The notes beneath the pieces are model-generated. The model saw only the letters and a list, made by a program, of their open reading frames with translations, searched no databases and was not told the DNA's origin. Positions 56,248 through 64,000 of a DNA stretch of 64,000 nt are shown here, piece by piece. The DNA comes from Candidatus Zestomicrobium tamdykulense (GTDB lineage Archaea > Thermoproteota > Thermoprotei_A > Sulfolobales > NBVN01), in the NCBI GenBank assembly GCA_039889305.1, contig JAVVFV010000001.1, forward strand, positions 55,980 through 119,979. The letters run 5' to 3'. Within the stretch, counting starts at the first letter, position 1, and each line of letters begins with the position of its first letter. A program made the position numbers and the translations under genes.

Positions 56248-56940
56248 TTGGCTGAGGAGAGTATAAGACTTGATGAGATTCGTGAGCGTAGTGAGAGAGA
56301 AAGTATAGCGGAGTCAGCTATATCAGAACAGTTAATAACTCTGGTTAGGAGATCTACAGATCTCTACAAAGAACTCCAGAGTCTTCTCAAGGAATTAGAT
56401 GACTTAAACAAAGCAGGTGTTGAGAAAATATATGGTAGGATACGCCTAATAAAAGATGAGATAGAAGAAGGAGCTACAAATTTGTTTGAGTACGTTGTCA
56501 GGGTCTCGCCTGCTCTATCTATGGAGAACTTATACGTCGGTATTGTGCAGAACATTATTAGGTTGGCTGAGCATGGGGAAGCAGTCGCGAACAGAGCCCT
56601 ACTCCTAGTTACTAAGGGGTTTGAGAAGATGTCTGATAATATGTACATATACTTAGACTCCATGATTAGGAGAATCATGGAGATGATGTCTATCACTATA
56701 GACATGTTAAACAAGCTAAGAAACTCTAAGGCTGTTAAAGAACTCTATCAGAAGGAAACCACCCTAGAGAATAACGTCGACGAGATCTATAGAGAGTTAG
56801 GATTAGAAATAATAAAGTGCTACTCCAGCGATGTAGGAGCACTACTCCTATTTAAAGAGCTGACAGACAAGCTCGAAGATACTGCCGACATACTTAAGAA
56901 GGTGGGGTCTGATCTCAGACTCATCTCACTCCATAGATAA
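56248..56940 (+). CDS. PhoU/DUF47-like helical-repeat protein (tentative)
   Basis: 230 aa with two repeats of the pattern E-x2-[AV]D-x-I...(helix)...L-E/D-x-x-A-D (KDEIEEGATNLFEYV...IIRLAEHGEAVANRA and ENNVDEIYRELGLEII...LTDKLEDTADILKKV). Confidence 0.35.
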   Translation: MAEESIRLDEIRERSERESIAESAISEQLITLVRRSTDLYKELQSLLKELDDLNKAGVEKIYGRIRLIKDEIEEGATNLFEYVVRVSPALSMENLYVGIVQNIIRLAEHGEAVANRALLLVTKGFEKMSDNMYIYLDSMIRRIMEMMSITIDMLNKLRNSKAVKELYQKETTLENNVDEIYRELGLEIIKCYSSDVGALLLFKELTDKLEDTADILKKVGSDLRLISLHR

Positions 56941-57058
56941 GAAGCTTAAGAGTTGTGGTAGTGGGTATGCTTACTTAATAGGATCTAAAGCAATAGTATT
57001 TGATGTTGATTTAGCTAAATGTATTTTTGATGTTAGTTTTATTGGGAAGCCTGTTGGT

Positions 57059-57505
57059 GTGAGGAAACCTAAAGGAACGGAGGAAGAAGCCAACAGACCT
57101 CTGGAATTATCACTTATAGAAGCTTACTATCTCGCGGAGAAGGGGATACTCAAAATCTTAAGAAACGGCAAGGAATTAAGTCTTGAGGAATTTAGAATTA
57201 TATGTAGTAGTCATCTACCCGAGTTTGATGAATTATATAAGAGCTATAGAGAATTCAAAGATTTTGGCTTCACCATCAGGTCAGCACTCAAGTATGGGAC
57301 TGACTTCGCTCTCTATAAGAAAAGACCTGGGTTAGAACACGCTCCATACCTAGTGAAGGTGCTTAAGTACGGGCAACTAATAGAGCCAGGAGACCTGATT
57401 AGTTGGGGCAGGCTCTCACACAGCGTGAAGAAAGACTTAATACTAGCTATAACTCATCAATCAGGACTCATTACCTATGTAGCTTTAAAATGGTTTAAAC
57501 CCTAG
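57059..57505 (+). CDS. endA: tRNA-splicing endonuclease, catalytic subunit (track ORF; conserved N-terminus continues in frame upstream to about 56966)
   Basis: YREFKDFGFTIRSALKYGTDFALYKKRPGLEHAPYLVKVL...GRLSHSVKKDLILA matches the EndA catalytic domain (Y, H and K residues). The upstream in-frame read GYAYLIGSKAIVFDVDLAKCIFDVSFIGKPVGV aligns with the N-terminus of Sulfolobus EndA as remembered. Confidence 0.85.
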   Translation: MRKPKGTEEEANRPLELSLIEAYYLAEKGILKILRNGKELSLEEFRIICSSHLPEFDELYKSYREFKDFGFTIRSALKYGTDFALYKKRPGLEHAPYLVKVLKYGQLIEPGDLISWGRLSHSVKKDLILAITHQSGLITYVALKWFKP

Positions 57506-57532
57506 ATTATATAGGGTTAGTAAGAATAGCTG

Positions 57533-57988
57533 GTGAGTCTGTTGAGTTACCCAGACAAACATCGAGTACCTCATGATGAAAGACGTAGTTGGGTTAAGAA
57601 ACCAGAAACACCTGAAAAAACTTACGAGGAACGGAAGCTCATGAAGGAGGAGCTGAAACCCCTGCCTTTAGGTGATAAATGCAATACTTTATGCCCTTTT
57701 TTCAGGTGTTCTAAGAACGCGTTAGTAATAGTGAATAGAGTTGTTAAAGGTCACGTACAGAAGGTAGCTATGTGTAGATGGATAGGCGATACATGCTTAG
57801 GGTATAGGTGCCAATTCGCTTATTGCGAAAGGAAAGCTTTACTGCCTGACGGCAAGTGTGCGTTCGCAGTTAAGTTTAGGGAAGGCGAGAAGGAATTTAT
57901 TAAAGAGTTAGATGAAGCAAAAATAGATGAGAAACTCAAGAATCTATTAGCTCGTAAAAGCGGGCGCAAAGACTTGTTCCTTGAGTAG
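57533..57988 (+). CDS. Cys-rich hypothetical protein (8 Cys, putative metal-binding)
   Basis: CNTLCPFFRC...MCRWIGDTCLGYRCQFAYCERKALLPDGKC. Basic/acidic termini. No family recognised. Confidence 0.4.
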   Translation: MSLLSYPDKHRVPHDERRSWVKKPETPEKTYEERKLMKEELKPLPLGDKCNTLCPFFRCSKNALVIVNRVVKGHVQKVAMCRWIGDTCLGYRCQFAYCERKALLPDGKCAFAVKFREGEKEFIKELDEAKIDEKLKNLLARKSGRKDLFLE

Positions 57989-58583
57989 ATTTAAGTCCTT
58001 CCCATCTTTTGTAGAGATTATTCTCTAAGCCTAGTACATCAAGAACCTTACCAACAATGAAGTCTACTAAGTCTTGGATAGATTGTGGTTTTATGTAGAA
58101 AGCTGGTGAAGCAGGCATTACTACACCGCCACTTAAGGATATTTTGAGCATATTGATTATATCTAGTGTCGATAAGGGGGTTTCACGTACTACGAGCACT
58201 AGCGGACGTCTCAACCTAAGGGAGTTAAGAGCAGCTCTACTGATTAATGTTGATTGTATTGAGTTAGCTATCTCGCCTAGTGTCTTAAGAGTACAAGGAA
58301 TCACTATGGTCCCGTCAACTAGGTAGGATGAGGAAGCTATGGGCGCGGTAAAATCATGCTCGCCATACACACTCGACGCAATCTTCCTCAGCAAACCAAC
58401 TAGCTTGTCCTCACTAAGGCATTCATCAGCAGATACTAACTTAGCTTCCTCACTCAAGATCACGTGGACCTCGTGACCAGAAGAACTTAAAACCTCCACA
58501 AGCCTTAACCCATAAATAATCCCACTACCCCCAGTAATACCGATAACAAACCTACTCAAGCTAAAGCATCCTCCATATGACAT
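57936..58583 (-). CDS. ubiX: flavin prenyltransferase UbiX/Pad1 family
   Basis: ITGGSGIIYGLRLVEVL, IVIPCTLKTLGEIANS, PLVLVVRETPLS and PASPAFY are typical UbiX motifs. Confidence 0.85.
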   Translation of the reverse strand: MSYGGCFSLSRFVIGITGGSGIIYGLRLVEVLSSSGHEVHVILSEEAKLVSADECLSEDKLVGLLRKIASSVYGEHDFTAPIASSSYLVDGTIVIPCTLKTLGEIANSIQSTLISRAALNSLRLRRPLVLVVRETPLSTLDIINMLKISLSGGVVMPASPAFYIKPQSIQDLVDFIVGKVLDVLGLENNLYKRWEGLKSTQGTSLCARFYELIDS

Positions 58584-58789
58584 AAGAATCTTAAGTCCTT
58601 TAAATACGTAATTAGTGGATTAGTTCTCACTTACTCAACCAAGTAATCACCCATATAGGGTCACATAAAACGAACCTAACTATACTTTAATGATGCTCAA
58701 ACCTAAACAAAATTTATAAATTCATGAGTTACTGAATTACTGAAGATCCTTAGTAACTACTTGATCGTGAAAATCTAGACAGCAAAAAG

Positions 58790-58838
58790 ATGATGAAGCT
58801 CGAAAGGTATGAGAGGTGATTTGCCCGCGCAGGTCTGA
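58790..58838 (+). ncRNA. candidate C/D box sRNA (2'-O-methylation guide)
   Basis: Layout: ATGATGA (C, 58790-96), 12 nt AGCTCGAAAGGT, ATGA (D', 58809-12), GAG, GTGATTT (C', 58816-22), 12 nt GCCCGCGCAGGT, CTGA (D, 58835-38). The C and D boxes are perfect, the 12/3/12 spacing is canonical for archaeal sRNAs, C' and D' are degenerate, and the location is intergenic. Confidence 0.5.
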
Positions 58839-58854
58839 GGAATTCTTCGTTTAA

Positions 58855-59562
58855 TTATTCGTAACCTAGCATGGAATATATCCTGTGTAAGTATCCGAGA
58901 ACGATAGCGTCCTTAATCCCTGGAGGAGGCTCAAGAAATAAATATATTTTTTCCTCACCCCTAACCTCCTTCAAAATCCTCTCAGACACTAAACCTGCAG
59001 GATCTAATACCTTGACCCTAGTTTGGATATCACGAAAAGATTCGAAAGGTTTCTTCCTTTCTTCAAGAATTGCCCACATAGTCTTCTTACCGATACCAGG
59101 TATTAGTTCTAGCGAATGTAACTTTATGGTTACTGGTGCGGCAATATTGAAGAAAGTCACGAACACTTTCTCCAGATCCACTACTACGGTCCTGATTGCT
59201 TCAGGGAGGTAAGACTTAGCTACAGCTGTTAAGTCTTCGTAACGTATTGGTTCACCCCATACATACCCGACCTTATCTCTCAACTCACGGAATCGAAAAC
59301 TAACACATACTTTCTCGCCCTGAGCAACAGTAACACCTGGCTTAGGATGGAATTCTAGTAAGGTGAAGTAAGTGGTTCCTAGTGCTTGAGCGAGAGGTTT
59401 GTTCTTATGTGACGGATGATGCTGATCTAACGGATTACCACCTGGCATAAAATCTAGAACTACGGCGAAATCCTCACGGGAGACTCTCTTATCCCCGCTA
59501 GTCGGTACTCTAGACCCCACAAGTAATACCTCCTTAAGAATTCTACTTACTGCAGTATTCAT
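58855..59562 (-). CDS. DUF655/COG1491 nucleic-acid-binding protein (OB fold plus HhH)
   Basis: DFAVVLDFMPGGNP..., C-terminal HhH LELIPGIGKKTMWAILEER. Sits at the conserved position downstream of rpl21e-rpoF. Confidence 0.7.
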   Translation of the reverse strand: MNTAVSRILKEVLLVGSRVPTSGDKRVSREDFAVVLDFMPGGNPLDQHHPSHKNKPLAQALGTTYFTLLEFHPKPGVTVAQGEKVCVSFRFRELRDKVGYVWGEPIRYEDLTAVAKSYLPEAIRTVVVDLEKVFVTFFNIAAPVTIKLHSLELIPGIGKKTMWAILEERKKPFESFRDIQTRVKVLDPAGLVSERILKEVRGEEKIYLFLEPPPGIKDAIVLGYLHRIYSMLGYE

Positions 59563-59869
59563 TAATTATCTTGAGTACTTCACCAAGAAATTCTTCATCG
59601 TAACTCTTATTCTCGAAATTCAAAAGAATTTTAAGGGTTTCTATGTCTTTCGGGAATATGTTGGCTATCATAACAGCCGTTATTTCGCTGAAGCCTTGTT
59701 TCTCAAGCTCCTTAACTAACTCATCACCCTGCTTACACTTATTGAATCTGCGGAGGTAGTCTAGAACGCGGAGCTCTATACTCTCAAGTTCTACTCCTCT
59801 CTCAACTAAGTTTTCAATAGTTTTCAACATTTCAGCGTAAGAGATATTCCGGGAAGATACTATCTTCAT
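59543..59869 (-). CDS. rpoF: DNA-directed RNA polymerase subunit Rpo4 (RpoF)
   Basis: 108 aa. LDYLRRFNKCKQGDELVKELEKQ...IANIFPKDIETLKILL...VLKIINEY parallels Sulfolobus Rpo4, and it follows rpl21e. Confidence 0.8.
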   Translation of the reverse strand: MKIVSSRNISYAEMLKTIENLVERGVELESIELRVLDYLRRFNKCKQGDELVKELEKQGFSEITAVMIANIFPKDIETLKILLNFENKSYDEEFLGEVLKIINEYCSK

Positions 59870-59874
59870 TTATC

Positions 59875-60174
59875 TCACGCACTAGCAGGTCTTAAATGTT
59901 CGGGATACGTTATTAAAGTTTTTTTCTTATCACCCAGGTAGATCTCAACTACGTAAGCTCTCCCTCTCTTACCCACCACAACACCAACCTTACCTACGTA
60001 CCTCCTATGCGGTAAGGCTTCCTGTATTGCGGGGTTAGGCACTATACATACCTTATCGCCCTCCTTATACTCCCTCAAGACAGTACTTAAAGGAGGTACT
60101 GAACCCCGCTCTCTAACATTCTTCTTCAACAGCTTTCTTGTTCTGTGTCTGTATCCGCGTGATGCCTTAACCAT
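59875..60174 (-). CDS. rpl21e: 50S ribosomal protein L21e
   Basis: MVKASRGYRHRTRKLLKKNVRERG...GDKV...PHRRYVGKVGVVVGKRGRAY. Confidence 0.95.
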   Translation of the reverse strand: MVKASRGYRHRTRKLLKKNVRERGSVPPLSTVLREYKEGDKVCIVPNPAIQEALPHRRYVGKVGVVVGKRGRAYVVEIYLGDKKKTLITYPEHLRPASA

Positions 60175-60232
60175 CCAATCACACCTAGTTTTTATTGTTA
60201 GGTTTATCCTTAAAAGTTAATATGTGGGTACT

Positions 60233-61105
60233 TTAAAGGTCTTCCTCTACCTCCCCATAATATATTTTCAGGTCTTCCAGTGTTAGTCTCTTGGTTTCTT
60301 GCATCTTCTTCTCTACTTCTTCTTTCTTCTTACTCAGGATTTCTCTCTCCTTATTTTTCGCTAGGCTAGTCTTAAGAGTCTTTAGTTCTTCTTGAAGAGC
60401 TCGTAGTTCCTCAACCTTAGAATTGATAGACGTGCTTAGCTGGTCTATCTTGAGTCTTATATCTGTTAATTCCCTTGATAACTCCTCAAGCCTTCCTTTT
60501 AAGGAATCACGCTCTTCTTTAAGCTTGTGTTCTTTATCTCTCAACGCTACTATCTTTTCCGTTATTTCATTTATTCTCTTATTAAGGTCTTCCAATATTA
60601 TTCTCAGGCTTTGATGCTCTGCTCTTACTTCCTTATATTCCTCCATTAATTTCCTACCTTCAATAACTTTCTCTAACTCCTCTTCTAACCTAGCTATCTC
60701 TCTAACAATCTTGCTCTCTACCTCTATAGGTAGTGACTCAGTTATTATTCTCCACTCAAGTCTCTCTATCTCTTGCTTAATTCTAGTAGTTGAGTATGGT
60801 GTGCCGTTCTTAAAATTATTTATATTCTCTCTAATACTGACTAACTTGTTTCTTAAGTCTCTCAGCCTACTTAGAATCTCTCTTCTCTGAGAAATTAGTT
60901 TATTTCTGTCTTCCTTGAGTTTGTTTTTCAGTTCCCAAATATTCTCCAGCTTATTTCTGATGTTGGTTAGTTCTTCCTTGAGTTTGTTTCTTTCTTCTCT
61001 TAATTCCTCAATTCTATTTATTAAGTCGAATCTCTGATTCTTGAGAGTCTTTATTTCTTCTCTTAATTCATCTATCTTCTTAATTAATTCTTCTACGTTA
61101 CTCAA
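60233..61105 (-). CDS. long coiled-coil protein (COG1340-like)
   Basis: 290 aa, almost entirely heptad-like E/K/L/R-rich sequence with internal repeats (NKLKEELTNIRNKLE / NKLKEDRNKLISQR). Confidence 0.6.
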   Translation of the reverse strand: MSNVEELIKKIDELREEIKTLKNQRFDLINRIEELREERNKLKEELTNIRNKLENIWELKNKLKEDRNKLISQRREILSRLRDLRNKLVSIRENINNFKNGTPYSTTRIKQEIERLEWRIITESLPIEVESKIVREIARLEEELEKVIEGRKLMEEYKEVRAEHQSLRIILEDLNKRINEITEKIVALRDKEHKLKEERDSLKGRLEELSRELTDIRLKIDQLSTSINSKVEELRALQEELKTLKTSLAKNKEREILSKKKEEVEKKMQETKRLTLEDLKIYYGEVEEDL

Positions 61106-61111
61106 TTAAGA

Positions 61112-61825
61112 TTACCTTATCAGTATTCTGGCGTCTGCTACCTTAGCTCCCTTACCTACCTCGAAAACCATTACTGGGTTGAGATCTACGTCCGTAACTG
61201 ACTCATGTTCCTCCATGAATTTAGCTAGCTTCAATATTATGTCTATTATAGCTTCCTTATCTCTCGGTGGTGTTCCTCTGTAGCCGTCTAGTATTTTAGC
61301 TGCTTTAATTTCTGTAAGCATTGTTTCAGCGTCATATCTGCTTAAGGGAGTTATCCTGAAACTCACGTCTTTCAGAACCTCCACGAATATACCGCCAAGA
61401 CCGAACAAGAGTACAGGACCGAAAGTAGGGTCTCTAGTAGCTCCTACTATGACTTCAAGACTCTGAGGAATCATCTCCTGGACTAAAATACCGGTGATCT
61501 TGGCTTCAGGAACTTTAGTTCTCACACTACGTAATATCTCATCAAAACTTCTGCGAACTTCCTCGCTCGAGTTTAGGTTGAGTTTAACACCACCTACATC
61601 TGATTTATGAACTATATCAGGACTAACAATCTTCAGCACAACAGGATACCCTATCTCCTCAGAAAGTCTGACTGCTTCTTCGGTGGAGGTAGCTAGTCCG
61701 AACTTCGGTGCAGGAATACCGTACTTTATTAAAACGTCGTAGGCTTCATGTTCTAATAACTTAGTTCTGCCTTCATTCCTAGCCTTACTAATTACCTCCT
61801 CCACGTATTCTCTCACACTACTCAT
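61112..61825 (-). CDS. acdB: acetyl-CoA synthetase (ADP-forming), beta subunit (ATP-grasp)
   Basis: Near-colinear with P. furiosus ACS beta as remembered: LEHEAYDVLIKYGIP, GYPVVLKIVSPDIVHKSDVGGVKLN, VIVGATRDPTFGPVLLFGLGGIFVEVLKDVSFR, DLNPV. Confidence 0.9.
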   Translation of the reverse strand: MSSVREYVEEVISKARNEGRTKLLEHEAYDVLIKYGIPAPKFGLATSTEEAVRLSEEIGYPVVLKIVSPDIVHKSDVGGVKLNLNSSEEVRRSFDEILRSVRTKVPEAKITGILVQEMIPQSLEVIVGATRDPTFGPVLLFGLGGIFVEVLKDVSFRITPLSRYDAETMLTEIKAAKILDGYRGTPPRDKEAIIDIILKLAKFMEEHESVTDVDLNPVMVFEVGKGAKVADARILIR

Positions 61826-61924
61826 TGAATTAACCCCAGATATTAGACTACAACTTGAATTTAAAAGCTATGGTGATGGCTGGAAAACATGCTTACTAAA
61901 TTACTGAAGCAAGTAATCATTTAG

Positions 61925-62743
61925 TTAATCAGTATGTGGTGGTCCTTCACTATACTCTTCAGTCGCGAAATCCTCACCACCTATCAAAACTCTCTGAAGT
62001 GATGCGTAAGCATCCTCAATACCCCACATCTCCTTAGAAGACACTAAGATTACTTCCTTGAAAACTTCCTTGAATATGCTGCATAGGTTTTCACCAACCT
62101 CAAGACTTATGAAGAAAGCATCATTACTGGCGGAAATACAGCTGTAGTCCTCACTTAGTAAGCGTAGGATGTAGAGCCTACTACTCAAACTATCTAGGTC
62201 TCTAAACTTCTGCAGACTCGTTATTAGGTCTACCTTATTAAGTATCAGAACTAGCGGTAGACCTAACCTATACATAGTTGAGAGAGCTAGTAAGAGAGCT
62301 GAGTAGCTAGAGTGCGGGTTAGAAGCCATGTGAGAGTCCAGAATGAAGGCAGTAACAGACCTATTATTCTTAACAAGTTCTCTCAAAACAATAGGTCCTA
62401 ACCTCCTGAAAGCAACTATCTCTAGCTGTCCCGGAAGATCAATAATCACGTAATTACCTCCTAACTCATCTATCTCCTTCTTTAAATCATTAACGTAATT
62501 AATCAGGTAATCAACACTCAACACTAACGCGCCGTTAGGGCCTAAACCATACTTAACCATGAAATCACGTGTCGTGACATAATTCCTAACATCTACGTCA
62601 GGAACGTAAGGTAAGACTTCAGAAGCTGGATCTAAGTTAACCTTAACAGCATTTAAGCCGTTAAGTTCCATCCACTGAGCCAGCGCTGAAACAAACGTTG
62701 ATTTACCTGAACCTGCAGGTCCAGCAACAATAACGAAATACAT
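61925..62743 (-). CDS. GPN-loop GTPase (XAB1/Npa3/PAB0955 family)
   Basis: P-loop VAGPAGSGKST, GPN motif GLGPNGALV, DLPGQLE, NKVD. Confidence 0.85.
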   Translation of the reverse strand: MYFVIVAGPAGSGKSTFVSALAQWMELNGLNAVKVNLDPASEVLPYVPDVDVRNYVTTRDFMVKYGLGPNGALVLSVDYLINYVNDLKKEIDELGGNYVIIDLPGQLEIVAFRRLGPIVLRELVKNNRSVTAFILDSHMASNPHSSYSALLLALSTMYRLGLPLVLILNKVDLITSLQKFRDLDSLSSRLYILRLLSEDYSCISASNDAFFISLEVGENLCSIFKEVFKEVILVSSKEMWGIEDAYASLQRVLIGGEDFATEEYSEGPPHTD

Positions 62744-62796
62744 GACTACACCTCCCTACTTGAGTTTCAAAATTGATCTAAATAGTTTTGCTGGGC

Positions 62797-63870
62797 TTAA
62801 AACCATGGAATACTCCTACGTTTCAAAACACCAACTACGTTTATCACGTAACCACACTTAGGACACTTATTAGAGTCTTTTAATCTCCACTCCGTTACGT
62901 AGAAGCCGTACCTACGTATCAGGAGTTCCCCACAATTAGGACAATACGTGTTCTCTAGTGGGTGTCCGGGAACGTTGCCTACGTAAACGTACTTTAAACC
63001 CTCACTCCTAGCTACCTCAGCAAGCTTCTCAAGAGTTTTAACTGGTGTTTCTGGTAAGTAACTCATTTTGTAGTGAGGATAGAACCTAAGCAAGTGAAAC
63101 GGCACATCATCACCCACGACCTCTATAAGTCTCTTAACTAGTTTCTTAAGATCTTCAATACTATCACCGTACTTAGGCACTATGAGGTTAGTTACTTCTA
63201 AGAAGACTCCTTTCCTCCTTAAGTAGTTGATTGTTTCGTAGATTGGTTCGGGGTCAGGGACACCCATGAATTTTCTGTAGAATTCTTTGTTAGCACTAGC
63301 CTTAAAATCTACTGTAGCAGCATCAAGAAACTTCGTGAGTTCTTCTGAAGCTTCGGTAGTGATGTATCCGTTAGTCACCATAGTATTGAAGAGTTTCTCT
63401 TTCCTAGCTAGTGAGGCTACGTCAATCATGAACTCATAGAAAATTGTTGGTTCGTTATAGGTGTAGCTAATGCCGTCAGCACCTTCCCTAACAGCTTCCT
63501 TAACTACGTCTTCAGGCGACATGAAGTCCCCGAAAATACCGTCTCTTCTGGATTGACTTAAGGTCCAGTTCTGACAAAACATACACATGAAGTTACAGCC
63601 CGCAGTAGATATGGAGAAAACTAGTGATCCGGGGTGGAAATGAGTTAGGGGTTTCTTTTCTATTGGGTCTAGATTAGCTGCTGTGAGAAGACCGTAAACT
63701 AAGGTGTAGAGAGTTCCGCCGGAATTGTACCTAACGCCGCAAGCACCATAACCACCATCACTTATGGGGCATTTCTTATAGCATAGATTGCAAACCACTT
63801 TATTTTTATTTAATCTCTTCCAGTATTTAGCTGTCCTAACCCATGGCTTGCTCAGATCAGGTTTCCTCAA
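62797..63870 (-). CDS. AmmeMemoRadiSam-system radical SAM enzyme (PflA-like activase family)
   Basis: N-terminal CNLC...CGVR cluster, DPIEKKPLTHFHPGS, radical SAM CNFMCMFCQNW, and a C-terminal CPNCG...CPKCG. Confidence 0.75.
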   Translation of the reverse strand: MRKPDLSKPWVRTAKYWKRLNKNKVVCNLCYKKCPISDGGYGACGVRYNSGGTLYTLVYGLLTAANLDPIEKKPLTHFHPGSLVFSISTAGCNFMCMFCQNWTLSQSRRDGIFGDFMSPEDVVKEAVREGADGISYTYNEPTIFYEFMIDVASLARKEKLFNTMVTNGYITTEASEELTKFLDAATVDFKASANKEFYRKFMGVPDPEPIYETINYLRRKGVFLEVTNLIVPKYGDSIEDLKKLVKRLIEVVGDDVPFHLLRFYPHYKMSYLPETPVKTLEKLAEVARSEGLKYVYVGNVPGHPLENTYCPNCGELLIRRYGFYVTEWRLKDSNKCPKCGYVINVVGVLKRRSIPWF

Positions 63871-64000
63871 TGTAAAATCACCTACTCATCGTTAGACATG
63901 TTTCATATCTAATAAGGGTTAAGATAAACTGAAAAGCTTTTAGAGCTTGTTTCTCTTGATATGTATTTGGGGTTGGCTGAATGCTAGTGCTTTCACTTCC

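Noticed and set aside
60233-61105. Repeated roughly 17-nt segments (for example CTTCCTTGAGTTTGTTT near 60908 and 60973), considered as a tandem-repeat or CRISPR-like structure.
   Set aside because: They lie inside one continuous 290-aa ORF and encode recurring coiled-coil heptads (NKLKEE/NKLKED). The spacing is irregular and there is no repeat-spacer organisation or cas genes.

Overview
AT-rich, gene-dense chromosomal segment of about 75 genes with clearly crenarchaeal content. It carries r-proteins L3/L4/L23/L2, L40e and L21e, Rpo4/F and a candidate Rpo13, TFE-alpha, MBF1, Hjc, a PCNA subunit, aTrm56, tRNA-splicing endonuclease, and three tRNAs (two with introns). The metabolic genes suggest an anaerobic, hyperthermophilic peptide/amino-acid fermenter; this is inference. 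They include two tungsten-type aldehyde:ferredoxin oxidoreductases, each followed by a MoaD/ThiS-like GG protein, ADP-forming acetyl-CoA synthetase beta, mannosylglycerate synthesis (mpgS/mpgP), and a peroxiredoxin/flavodiiron/superoxide reductase cluster. I found no rRNA, CRISPR array, integrase or transposase. Points worth a second look: (1) four decayed loci, namely PiT plus DUF47, a LivH/LivK remnant, an SSF symporter with one in-frame TAG, and a tentatively assigned DUF763-like fragment. (2) A candidate omega-amino-acid catabolic island with an Lrp regulator. (3) An orphan C5 cytosine methyltransferase whose start overlaps the end of tfe inside a housekeeping gene string, with an unusual HhH-GPD glycosylase nearby. 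(4) A three-gene operon encoding a VAT-N-like barrel protein, an unknown helical protein and a PhoU/DUF47-like protein. (5) A candidate C/D box sRNA with textbook 12-nt spacing. (6) A splicing-endonuclease gene whose conserved N-terminus has no in-frame canonical start codon. (7) An ORF-poor 1.1 kb region containing an orphan copy of a recurring promoter-like 10-mer. All functional calls come from reading the translated ORFs and my memory of family motifs. No database search, folding or statistics were run, so families marked as tentative need HMM or structure confirmation.
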